Part shown: positions 1 through 16,868 of the stretch, piece by piece
How positions within the stretch are numbered: position 1 is the first letter of the stretch
Layout of the letters: every line of letters starts with the position of its first letter
NCBI GenBank assembly: GCA_021613535.1
Contig: CP075493.1
Coordinates: 6,696,001-6,760,000, forward strand
Source of the DNA: Adineta vaga
Lineage: Eukaryota; Animalia; Rotifera
Direction of reading: 5' to 3'
DNA: 64,000 nt
Program-made: the position numbers and the translations under genes
The notes under the pieces: model-generated
What the model saw: the letters and a program-made list of their open reading frames with translations, nothing else
Told to the model about the DNA's origin: nothing
Database searches by the model: none

Positions 1-477
1 TAAGCAGTGGAAAGAAGGGAAGATTGTAAAGACGAAAGCGTAATATTTGAAATGTTCAACATAGTTTGAGCTGCTCGATAAACGGATTGTCCACATGTAC
101 GATCCGTATATGACCATAAGGCATGTTTACATCTACATTAAAATGCAAATTTCATCAGAAGCGTAGAAATAAAATGAAGAAGAATCATACCCTAACATTT
201 TACCAATATAAGCTTCGATCAATGTTGGAGTTTTATTGATAGCTAAATCGAAAGCATCACGAGCTTCATCATAGAGAAATGAATGCAAACAAAGGTAACC
301 AATATAGAAATGATGATGAGCAATTGATGACGAATTCAATGTGAGACCAAGCGGACGTTGAATATCTCCTAATTGTAAATATGATTCCCATGGAAGAATA
401 TCCTCTGTCGTATTCCAAGACAAACTATGAACATTTATTCGCAACAGAAAAAGAATAAGACCAATAATATACAACAT
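1..477 (-). CDS. Secreted TPR-like protein, 5' part (runs off the window start); intron ~133-190
   Basis: Signal peptide MLYIIGLILFLLRINVHS. Motif AHHHFYIGYLCLHSFLYDEARDAFDLAINKTPTLIEAYIG resembles bacterial TPR proteins (A..F..G...LH.F.Y.EA..AF..A...DP....AYWG). The frame continues after a GT-AG intron (CKHALWSYTDRTCGQ). Confidence 0.6.
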
Positions 478-909
478 AACTTCTTAATAGTATAAAAACT
501 AATGTATACTATTGAATAAAATAAATCGAATTTTTATACTTCTCATATATTTCACCTGTAAATAATAATGTGTATATTCATATATATTTATAGTATAGAA
601 ACAATATTATTGAGTAAAATATATATATTTGTACACGTACATGTACACTGCAGGAAGAGTTTAACAAATACTTGGCGAGGAAAGAAAAACACGTAGGATA
701 AGAATCATACTGTTTTTACCTTGAATATACAAATACGTCATTTATACACAAATCTGTTGATACTTTTCATATGAAATCTTTATATTTGTATACTGATTTA
801 ATCAAGTTATGTAAAGAAAAGGAAGTATATTGCTTTTATATAGACGTCAAAACAATATTATTCTAAAAATAGTATCTGATTGAATTGTATTTTTATTCCT
901 TGTGTAATA

Positions 910-2306
910 TCATACTAAAGTTTGAAAAACGTCAGTTTTAATCAAGTTCATTTGCTTTAAACATTCGATTAGTTTTATATCAAACCATTTTTTGTATGGC
1001 ATTTCTCGTAACCATTGAGCAGGCAATGCGCTATACCCATGTCTTGCTCCATACATTGTTCCACATACTGCTCCATTCGTATCTGCATCACCTCCATATC
1101 GAATCAAAGCATTCAAAGTCTCTTTGAATGAATGTTTAGATCGTAAACCATAAAATCCGGATGCTAAACATTTATATGTATAACCGATACCTGATGGTGC
1201 GTCAAGTTCTAAATCCTCAAGAGTGCGCGATCGATCTGTATGCCATAAAAATTCATCACGTTGATCTCGCGGAAAATCATTTCCCAGAATTTGAATGGTT
1301 TCTTGTAGAGCATTTTTAGCAATTGATTCAATATTAGTATCATCGAGTTTTTTGTTCAAAAGTTCAGCAATAACCAAACAAACAGCTAAACATGATGCAA
1401 TACAACGAGGATCAAAATGAGTCGTTTTACACATCCGTATAGTTGTTGATTTTAACTATGTGAAATAGAAAGTTAAAAAGAAGTGTTCAACATTAAAATT
1501 ATTATGAAAATATGCATCTATTGTTATTTACTTTTTCCAGATCATTGTAATAAACAAGAGCAACAGCTGAACAACGCATTACAGCTCCATTTGGTGCTAC
1601 TTGACGATTTCCTTTTTCCCAAACCATTCGACTTGCCTCAATTGGATTTTCGAGATATCCTTGACTGAAAACCACCTACAACGATAATTCATCGATTTTC
1701 AAAAATTGCAAAATTGAAAGTAGTAAACAATATTCAATTACTTTTTGAACATTAGCTCCTAATCCCATACCAACATGATCACCTAACATGGGAAAACCAC
1801 GTTGAATCCAATTCTTTAACTTTGCCGCAAAGATTTTTTCATCCGAATTTCCTTCCAGTATTGTTTCTAGAATCAATATCCATTGATCTGTATCATCAGT
1901 CCAATCACCACGTACCCATCGATTCGAATGTCCTGTTAGTATGTAATCCGGAAAAGGAATAATCTGAGATTGATCAGGATAAGCTCGTGCAACTCGTTCA
2001 CGGTCTTCGAATTCTGTCGACAGACCATAAGCATCACCGAGTGCTTGACCATATGCACAACCAAGCAAACGATCAATCAATGGATCATTATTGCAACTAA
2101 TTAATAAAGATTCGATGAGATCTTGTTCATCCGAACCATAAGCTACATCTGGTGCAACGACTTTTTCTCGATAACTATAATACTGTTTCATACAATAAAG
2201 TGAATTAAAACTAAAATATTTACTTTGTATAAACTCTAGCAGTATCAGGGTTTCTCGTTCGTTTATTATTCTCAGTTGTTGTTGTTGTTGAACAACAGCT
2301 ACCCAT
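910..2306 (-). CDS. ADP-ribosylglycohydrolase (ARH/DraG/crystallin J1 family), 4 exons
   Basis: Motifs GQALGDAYG, GDWTDDTDQ, APNGAVMRC, TTHFDPRC, GGDADTNGAVCG. First exon MGSCCSTTTTTENN (ATG 2306) splices in frame to ORF 1676-2191. Confidence 0.9.
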
Positions 2307-2761
2307 TTATACTTTCTTCGAAAATGAAAAGAATCCTATAAAAAAATAAAAATTACTTCATTTTTTTATACATGAATGTTGGCTTTTAGATAAAGGTACG
2401 CATGATATTAATCAAAATATGCAGAAAAAGAGTCTTGCTTACCAATTAAAGACCTTTTCCTCTTAGTTATTAGAATTGTTTGTGAAAAATAAAACGACAA
2501 CGTGGAACAGACCGCGTTAAAACATTATTGACGAAAGAAACACAAGGAAGAAAGAGAAAGAAAAAGTAATGGTGTAACAAAAAACTTCTCTTACGATTTA
2601 AAAAAACGTGTTCTATTGTTGGATGAGTGATATATATATATAGCAGTTTGTTTCAATAGCTTTAATTGTTCAAAATAAGATCTGTAGTTAAACATTATGA
2701 ATAATTCTATTATAAAAACTACTTTCGCCTTTTTTTCTTTATTGCATAAAAAACAGAAGAA

Positions 2762-3849
2762 TCAAGAAAAATGATGTAAAGGTCCATGAACAGGTATTTC
2801 TCCCAATTCGAATATATCATTTTCGAAAGCGGCACGTTCTTCTGGGAGAAAACCATCATTTGCTATCGAAGTTGTCGATGGTAAGTTAGTATGCCATGTT
2901 GAATTGTTATGATCATCTATCATATTGATATCATTTGGTAATGTGCTCGTTGGTACATACGCACTAGCAACGCACTCATCAATATAAGGTTTCTAAAATC
3001 ACACATAAATTCAAATAAAATAATCTGATATGAATGTACCAATGAGATGATTGTATCGAGATTTAGTTTTGATAAACCATTAAGTTGACGTTGTGTTTTT
3101 TCCATATAATCACCGTATTCTTTTCTCTAAAAATAACTCAGATAACATTTGGAAGTAAATTGATTCCCACGAACAAAGACATGATCTTGATCTTGTTGTA
3201 TCATACAGCGTTGTAGCCATCTAATTTCTTCGAATGATTGATCGATCCACGCTGAAAAGAAAATATGATTAGAGAAAAATATATCTCGGAGATTAAACGA
3301 ATTTCTTTACGTTCTAATAGTCTTCCGCCAGGAAAAAGTGATCTGGATGAAAATCGCCAAAGACTTGACTTAAGCCAAACTTTTGCTTCAAGATGTAATT
3401 GATGACTAAAATAACGAATTATGTTAAGTAATTACTTCGAATCAAATTCTCTTACATAACATCGAATGCTTTTTTCTTATCACTATAATTTTCTTTGATC
3501 CATCTTAAAAATGGATTATTGTCTTGATCTGGTTTTGTATATGCTGTTGTATCTCTCATGTTAGTATTTGTAGTGTTCTAAAAGAAATTCTTCATGTAAG
3601 AATCAAGGTATTTGAACTAGAAACTTACGGTCGAAGATGCCACATAATTATATCTCGGATTAAATTGTGGTCGTTCGAGACGAGGACGAAAATGTGGAGC
3701 TGATAAAGAAAACAGTAGTATTGGATAATAAGCGCACATATTTTACCATTAGGTCTACATGCTTGTCTTTCTGTCGGAGTTTCATGTGAGTGACGGCAGT
3801 CATTACCAAATCGGCAATGACCTCGTAAATAAAATTTACACGTGGACAT
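2762..3849 (-). CDS. NUP42: Nucleoporin NUP42/NUPL2 (hCG1)-like CCCH zinc-finger protein, multi-exon
   Basis: N-terminal CCCH finger CKFYLRGHCRFGNDCRHSH; WRFSS...DQSFEEIRW block; C-terminal EERAAFENDIFELGEIPVHGP resembles the NUP42 Gle1-binding C-terminus. Confidence 0.7.
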
Positions 3850-4890
3850 ATTGATTAAATTATACTTGAACTAATCTAAAATTAAGAATGAAATCAAAAC
3901 AACTATCTAGACGTCTCCAGTCTCATGTTCAATACAAATCGTTTCCTAATGTCTGCAATAGAATGATGGTTACATATGTCATATAGTTCCAATTTATCAA
4001 TAGATATATAGATTTTATTTCATTTAATAAATCAAATTTCTACAAAAGTGTCATTGAAATCATGTTCAAAAAAAAAGAAGACGCTAAGTGTCAAAAGTGT
4101 AGATTCGAGACTGATCATTGCCAATGGTTATCTGCCTGATACTTCTTTATATATGATGTGGAACTTTCAAACAATATAACGATAATTACAACTGCCATAG
4201 AATGTTGAAAATGATCAAATCAGCAAGAAGAGATTATCAAACTATCATGCTGATTTGAACATTGCCAGCTTCGATACTTGTTTGTTTAAATTGAAGTAGT
4301 AACTACTGGGAAAAACAAATTTGACGAATCGAATATTAAGAGAAATGAGTTTGATGGCATCAAATACGAACAAATATCGATTGAAAAATAAGAAAAGAAT
4401 TTCATACCAAATGATGGTTAAATAAAATTCTTAGGAAAGAAAACAGTCGATTCTATATAATACAAAAAAAGAAAATAGAACAATCCAATGTGATATCGCA
4501 ATCGTGTTGTAAGAAAAAATATATATTCCCAGTTTACAGTCATACAGAACAACATGACTCATTACATGACGTCACTCTATTTTCTTTTGTAAATAATAAA
4601 ATAAAACATAAATATTGAGCAATAAATTTTACAAGACATTAAACGAATATGAAATAAAAAAAACACGTTCACAGACAACAGCATCTTAATAATGTTTCTT
4701 TTTTCTTTTATCACGAAATCTTTTGTTGATATTTTTATAATTGAACTTTGTGTATACAAAAATAAAGAATATAGAAAGTTAAGATGTATATTACACGGTT
4801 ATTTGAAGAGACTTTAAAAATGCAATGAAAAATTTTCAAATTTCCTTTTCTCCTTTTGTTTTAAGAAGATAAATCTACAGACCATTGCTA

Positions 4891-9404
<4,514 letters not shown>

Positions 9405-9553
9405 CTGAAAAATTAATAAGATATATAGAACGAAATTAATGAACAATCAAAATAGAAATAAAATATGTTTCTTTCTTTCTGTTTTTTTCAAAATTGATAA
9501 AAGTCTGGGAGAGATTCCTGATCGTAGGATATTTGTTTTTCTTCCTTTCAATT

Positions 9554-10947
9554 TCATTTTGGAAGAGTTGATGAGTTGCTGCCACTATTATTATTTCCAT
9601 TATGATTTCGTTTCATTTCCTTTGCTCGAACATGTGCAAATAAACCTGAACCACCAAGAACAAATAAATTCGATATCCACCAAAGTGCTGTTTTTGTCTA
9701 AGAAACAAATATTTTCATTAATTTTTCACAAAATTTCAATTTACATACTTCCGAATAAATAACAACTGCAAGTAATGTTTGTACATAAGACTTCGCTGTA
9801 CCAGATACATTATGCGTTAAAGGACTTGTCATTTGTATTTGATAACCTGTAACATAACCCATAGAAAAGCCAAGTACACCAGCCATTGTCATTGCAAACC
9901 AGAATGGTAAACTGAATAGTTTGGAATAATTAAAAACTGGAGATACTTCTCCAAAGATTAACATCAAAGGAAGAAATAGTATACAAGCATTGAAATTATT
10001 ATATAAACATAAACGCCATACATTGTTATCAACACAGGGTAAACATCGAGTTGTATAAATGGCATTTAATGCGACAAATACACTCGATGCAATACCACAG
10101 ATTGCACCGAACATGGAAAGAGTACCTAGTGCATTTTCTTGATCAATACCAAGAAAAAATCCAGCAATAATCAATCCACAACATCCTAGTGCTTTATATG
10201 ATGTTTTTTGTCCAAGCATTAAATAAGTAAAGAGCTAGAACAAAATCTATTCAATCATTTGTTTCCTTTTTCAAATGATTATTACATACCACATTAGCAA
10301 CAGTAGTTAACGATCGACCAACCATGTAAAATGATACAGTTAAATGTTTCAATGTTAAATTATTAAACGTAATCATTGCCACAAACATAACTGATAATGG
10401 TAAAACCTTTTTATTTGAAGAAGAAAAAAAGGAATATTTTGACATATTGATAGAAAGAATAATTTCAATTTGTTGACTTACATCACGTGCAATTTTCAAG
10501 TCGATTTTAAACGTCGGGAATTTGGAGAATAATCCTACACGTTTATTTAAATTTCCTAAGACAGCGCAAATACCAACTGTAATAATACATTGATACCATG
10601 TAATAAAAAGTGGGGCATCAAGCTATAGAAAAACAAATCAATTATAAGAATGAAAAATACAAGTAATACACTTCGTTTACTTTCACATCATTTGAACTCA
10701 ATAAATATTTGTTTAAAAATACCATCGTGATTGAAACAAACCTACATAGATTAGATAAATATCGAAAAGAATAAAAGAAATATTCATACCAATAGAGAAT
10801 TACAGCAATAGCGATTTGTGTATAGCGTTTTTGCAGTCCATCATTCGAAGCATTCATTGTTGATGATGTTGTCGGTTCTTTAACAGAAATGTCAACGTCA
10901 AGTTTATCTGGTGAATTCTTCAATAATGTATAGGAGCTATTGCTCAT
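9554..10947 (-). CDS. SLC35C1: GDP-fucose transporter 1
   Basis: YWFVSITMVFLNKYLL, LDAPLFITWYQC, VLPLSVMFVAMITFNNL, VGRSLTT, TSPLTHNVSGTAK; last exon ends ...SSTLPK TGA at 9554. Confidence 0.95.
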
Positions 10948-11097
10948 GATTTAAAAAGAAAAATCTAGAATTAGTGCTCTCTTTCCTTATCAATTCGTTT
11001 GATCGTAGAAAAATGAACTATCTGAAAAATAAAAATTAAGAATGGATCATTTCATTCTAGAATAGAGAGAGTTAATATATTTGTTTTAGTAAAAAAA

Positions 11098-11127
11098 GAA
11101 GAAGAAGAAGAAGAAGAAGAAGAAGAA
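11098..11127. repeat. (GAA)10 microsatellite (TTC tract on the minus strand) between COPS5 and SLC35C1
   Basis: Directly visible. Confidence 0.95.
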
Positions 11128-11144
11128 TATGTATGTAATGTCTA

Positions 11145-12560
11145 TCAATGGAATGTCACTTGATTAAAAAGACGTTCTTTGATCAATTGTGACATTAAAG
11201 AATTCACTGCTTCGACAGCTGTTTTTGTGCTAAACGAAAAGTAAAAATTGGCAAGAAGGTTATTCTTTTTTCATAAATTAAATCAATTTAATTTACCAAT
11301 CTTTAGCTGCTTTAGCTAATTTATCATCTTGTTTTCGATCTTGTTCAGGTAGTGGAAGAAAACTTGTTCGTCCTAAATGACTTTCTGCTTGTTCAAGTTT
11401 ATCCGCAACATCACTGATTTGACCAGTAATATAATCTGCATTGGTTAATAATGTCGATGTACTAAAATAGAAATGTTTACGTATAAAAAAAATTCAAGTA
11501 ATTCGAAAAAAGAAAGTTACAAACCTAAGTGTGCTAACCCAATAACGATTCCATAAATGTTCAAGAAGACGTTTATCCAGTGATGATTTAAAAAATGATA
11601 CTTCAAGTGGATAATATTGTTTACAATGAACACCAAAATCTTCAATTTTATTCAATGGAATTGGTTGATATTCAATTGCTTCACTTTCAGCTTTATGTCC
11701 TTTAGGATAGGTACGAAATGCACCGATATTAACTTTACCAGCAGAGATTGTTCGTGTTGGATCAACCTGAAATAGAAAAGATTTGCTTTCAAATATTCGA
11801 GAGCAAATTAATTGATTTAATCATACCACAATAGCAACGAATGGATCTTGATATTGTTGATTTTGCATTTGAGTATCAACATCAATACCGGATAACCAAC
11901 AACCATAACCTGGATGTGAATGATACCATCCAATCACATTTTCGGGACGATTAACTTCTTTTGCCCAAACAGTGTATGAACTCATATATTCATACGCTTC
12001 TTGTTGAGCATTTACACGAGTTTCTAAAAAGAAAAGGAATTTATTATCAAGTTCATCGATAGGATCTCATGCATAGCAGATACACACATAGAAATTATTT
12101 AAAAATCTTTAGAATAAAGCCTTCAAATTTCAAATATTATTCACAATTCAACTGTTACAGTAAATATTCAATACACTATCCGTGTAGTAATGACATCTTT
12201 TACCTGTTCCTTCGACTGGTAGAGCAAATGAATCCATCACAATCATATTTTCGCCGTCAATTTTTCCTAATAGCATGCCCATGACTTCTAAAGTGCCGCC
12301 AGAACGTGCATGCATCACTAGTTTTAATAAAGCCAATGCTGAGATTTTACATCGTTTGAAATAATTAGGACTTGAAATGAAAAGAACATTGAGTACGAAG
12401 AAGAAAAGAAGTAAGACTTACTTTTGTAACCATGGTCGAGTTTGTAGAATGGATTGTTGAACATAGCGTCATATGCATAGATTTCATCAGCTGCTGTAAT
12501 TTCATGAATATTATTTGCTTTTTCAAATTGAGTTAGATTTTCTTTGATATTTCCTGCCAT
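11145..12560 (-). CDS. COPS5: COP9 signalosome subunit 5 (JAB1); apparent 1-nt frameshift in exon 1 (~12464)
   Basis: [49 protein letters not shown] motif [28 protein letters not shown]. Last exon ends [15 protein letters not shown] at 11145. Confidence 0.95.
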
Positions 12561-13013
12561 CTAAAATAGTTCAATAAAGATCTTCTTTTACGGGATAAAT
12601 ATGACAGATTCAATAATATAATTTCAGATGATTCGTATGATCAATCATATTATCTCAATGAACATGTATAGGATAAGATCGAATAGCATTGATAAAAACA
12701 TTACGCATAGTTCTTTTTTCAAGTGTTCATACTTTGTACAAAGTCAACATCAATAGAAGACATCTGTAAAAAGAATTTATGTCATGTCGCCTCGCCTTAT
12801 TTTCAAAGTAAAAATGAAAGCTAAATTACTATCGCACACGCTTGTCTGTATGTTGATTATTTTCTGGTTTTATTCGTTACCAATAAATGTTATGAATCAA
12901 TAGATGTCGTACATTTCAAAGGCATTTTCCATCATCATTCAAAAATGTCTGTTCACAACTGTTATCTGCAGATATTTGTGTTTTCTTTCGTCTCTCTAAA
13001 GGAAAAGCAAATT

Positions 13014-15104
13014 TTATTTGTCGAATAATCCGATAGCATAGAGTATATTTTCTTTGGAAAATCGTATATGAAATATGGATGTATTTTTCGTTCGAAATAC
13101 ATTGAAAAGTATTTTATTCGATGATGTATTCGTATCGATTGAATCAGTTAATTTTTCATCATAAATTTTTGTTATCATAAAACAGTTCCATAAAGAAATG
13201 GTTCCATCAATACTGGATATTAATAGTAATGTCCCTGTTAAGGGACTAAATTCAATAGATGAAATTGCTTGTTTATGTAAAGATAAATGTCCAATTTGAA
13301 GATTATTTTGAATATCCCAAATAATGATTTCACCATTCCAACATCCTGATGCAAGAAGATGACCAGTTGGTGAAAATTTCAATGCACTAATCTGATGACG
13401 ATGACCATTGAATATTCGAACGAGAGAATTTCCATTTTGTATATTCCATAGATGAATCGTATGATCAGTATGTGCCGAGGCGAGATAATTCGAATTTGGA
13501 TGGAATTCAATTTGATTGATTGGACCTGTATGACCATATTCAGGATATTCCGAAATGGACTAATTTTATCAATTGTCCAAAGACAAATTAAACCATCCAT
13601 ACTACATGATGCAAAGATATGACCGATAGAAGCAAATGTAACTAAAAGCAATAGAAAATCAGTAACAAAAAACCTTTATTTGATATACATTTACATTTAC
13701 CATTGAGAATAGGTTGAGAATGTAGTTTATAAACTACTAAACATGACCATATAGATAAATGCCAAAGACGTATAGTACAATCCTGTGAACCGGATAACAA
13801 ATAAGTTTGTTTTATAGGTTCAAATACTAAGGCAAATATTGCTCCCATATGTCCAATAAGTAATCGTTCATTTGATATTTCAGTTGATGATGTAGAATTA
13901 AGATTATAGTGTTTTGTAGGACTAGATAATAGATGGCGAAGTTGTTTCGTCGGCTTCATGAAATGTAGTTTTTTATTTGGATTTAATGAACATATTAAAA
14001 TTTCTGATGATTGAGAACCAATAGCTAAGAGACGACAATCATTTGATAATGTCATACAATTAACTATTTGTTGAGAATATTTTAATGTAAACAAACAGAT
14101 AGATGGTAATTGATGCGGACCAAGACGTGGAATGTTATTCAAATCAATATTCATTGGTAGACGATTATAATTGATTTGTGGATATGAGATCGATGAATCT
14201 CTTCCATTCATTTGAGAATAACAAACTAAAATGATTGAATCATATATTACATAACAGGATTAAAAATATTCACTATCAGAATAGAACATATTATTTCTAT
14301 TTGTTCTGATTGATGGAATATTTTCAGTATACCTGATGATGTGTTAGGATTAATTGATAATATTTGTGAAGGTAAAATTCCTGTATATAAACGAGTAAAT
14401 TGTATTTTATTAGCAAGTGTTGTATGAACAAATAATGGTGTCATTGGTTGTTCGATTGTTTGATATCGTACAATATTTGATGGAGCAAATACCTGTTGAT
14501 TAATATCAACTTTGATATATCGTTGAAATATGGATAGAAGTAGTGAAATTTGTGTTGATGTTAAATAAGAATGAGAATTAATTTTTATTTGGTCAATAAA
14601 ATTTTGTAATTCTTTACAAGTTGTCATTGATAAACGTAAAAAAAATCGACTCGTACGAAATGTATTTGTTAATGAACATTGATAGAAATGTTTCACTGAT
14701 TGAGATATCAATTTTAAATAATAGCAAAATTCAGAATGTAAAGAATAGAATGTTGAATTTACGAATTGATTATAAAATTGTTGACTATCATTAAGATAAC
14801 CATGATCAATTAGATCTAGATAAAGATGTACAAAAAGTGGAAAAAGAAATTGCATAAGTTCAATTTGATATAGTGAATTAATAATAAAATTTGATAGATA
14901 AGAATAAACAATGAAATAATCATTCACATTCAACTGATTATTGGAAGAAGTTTGTTGAAGAGTTTGAACAAGTGAAAGACATTCTCGACGAATACATGTT
15001 TCTGTTTCGTTCATATTATGAATTTGTAAGAAACGAAGTAAATTATCAAAATCTGGTAGAAATTGTTGACAAAGTCGTTCAGTATCTTCCTTTAGTTTAT
15101 CCAT
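13014..15104 (-). CDS. TAF5/TAF5L-like WD40 protein (NTD2 + WD40), divergent; apparent frameshift ~13549
   Basis: NTD2-like ELMQFLFPLFVHLYLDLI; LPSICLFT; WD repeats LIGHMGAIF..LLSGSQDCTIRLW, FHPNSNYLAS..DHTIHLW, FSPTGHLLASG. Confidence 0.75.
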
Positions 15105-15625
15105 CACTAATTTGATCGAAGATAAATCAAATCATTGGCGCCATTCGGTTCTTTTTGTGTGAGACATATTACAAAGGACTTTCATTCATGGTGTTTTAGA
15201 AGATTTGAAATTCTTTAATCAACATCAACAATTACAATGATGATCTTTTCGATTATTAAAGGTCAAAAATGAAAGTGTTAATTATTTTGTCTGAACAGTA
15301 ACAGAACATTTACTCTGTTTTCTCTTTAATCATTCTATCGTCGATCGCATAAAAGTGATCTAAGTTTATTTTCTACCAACTAAATCTTGTAAGAATAATC
15401 TATTCATATGAATACGACTGATAGACGAGTTTGTTCCTGCTATTCTTTTTCTGTTTATTTACGTATGAAGCTTTTACGATTGTTGACGTACGTCGTAGGG
15501 TACGTACTATAAAGATCGAGAAAGAAAAGTCAGACATAAACGCATACGGACATACATCCAGTCGAGAGAAAAACATTTTCTTCTTGTTTTTGGTGAAAAG
15601 AACGAGAGAAAATAATTTCTAGATG

Positions 15626-15642
15626 GTGTGTGTGTGTGTGTG
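15626..15642. repeat. (GT)n microsatellite
   Basis: Directly visible gtgtgtgtgtgtgtgtg. Confidence 0.85.
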
Positions 15643-15806
15643 CGTTGTTATTGTGCTTAATTTATATCTCGACTGTCGTTTCTTTTCTTCTTCATTCATT
15701 TCAGGTATCTTGACGTAGGGAAGAGACGAACGATATAGCTGTTTATTTCGAACATTACAAAGCAAATTTATCATCGTAATATTCATTTCAATTTAATTGA
15801 AAAAAA

Positions 15807-16390
15807 ATGTCGATCCTTTACTATACACTCAATAATTCAGTTTTTTCTAATTTTGCATTTTATTCGACAGCCTCTGTTGTTAAAATGATGGGTTTATCTG
15901 CTTTAACAAGTCTTAAACGAATGTCCAAGGATGTAAGATATATAGTCAATGAACTAAATTTATAATAAAATTTTTCTATCAATAGGTTTTTGCTAATCCT
16001 GAAGATTTATCTTTGGCTAAGAACAAATCAGCTGTCGTCGTCTTAAATGATCCCGATGTTGAACGTGTTCGTCGTAATCATTTAAATGATATCGAAAACA
16101 TCGTCCCATTCGTTCTTGTTGGATTAATGTATATTGGTACTAATCCTGATCGAGATATTGCTCTTTGGCATTTTCGTATCTTCTTCATTTCACGTGTTTT
16201 ACATACACTGACATATCAAGTAAATCAATCTATCATTTTTCTATGTTTGTTTCGAATCAATTAAGATCTTGTTCTTTTTTAATCATTTTAGTTAGCTTTA
16301 CCACAACCAAGTCGATTTATTACCTGTGCTATTGGTTATCTTACAACACTTTCAATGGCTGGACGTGTTCTTCTCACCGTTCGTCCATGA
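15807..16390 (+). CDS. MGST1: Microsomal glutathione S-transferase 1 (MAPEG family), 3 exons
   Basis: VFANPED...DPDVERVRRNHLNDIENIVPF...HFRIFFISRVLHT...LPQPSR; introns ~15933-15985 and ~16220-16291. Confidence 0.95.
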
Positions 16391-16868
16391 ACAAGCAACT
16401 TAGTTTTTCACTCAAAACACTCTCTTATTAGGCTTTAAATCATTCACATTTTTTTTCATCGACTCTTTGTCTTTAAAACATATCTAACATATTAATGTAG
16501 AAGTCAGTAGTATAACACATTTCTTAAAAAGAATAAAACAAAAACATTTACTAGAAAAAATTTATAAAAATTAATATTCGAATAAATTGCTTGCTGTAGA
16601 CAACAACATACAATTCATTTGTAACAACTGACGACATCTATAATATTACTGATGAATTGAAAATAGATAGAAATATTCTTCTACATAAATTCAAAGTTAG
16701 TATTGAACATCATCAATTGGAAGAAGTATTTCAATAATGAGATCTAGAGCACTTGATATGGGGTAGCTACCAGGTTACAATAAAAACTAAAAATGGTTGC
16801 TATCAAATAAATCAATCTCTCGAAACTAACTGACTTGCAAACAATAATCAATCTCTATATTGAAACCT

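Noticed and set aside
910-2306. Possible selenoprotein J (ARH family)
   Set aside because: No in-frame TGA in the reconstructed exons.
2336-2442. Acceptor upstream of the ADP-ribosylglycohydrolase ATG as a trans-splice site
   Set aside because: A consensus donor (G|GTAAGC at ~2442) gives an ordinary ~107-nt 5'UTR intron.
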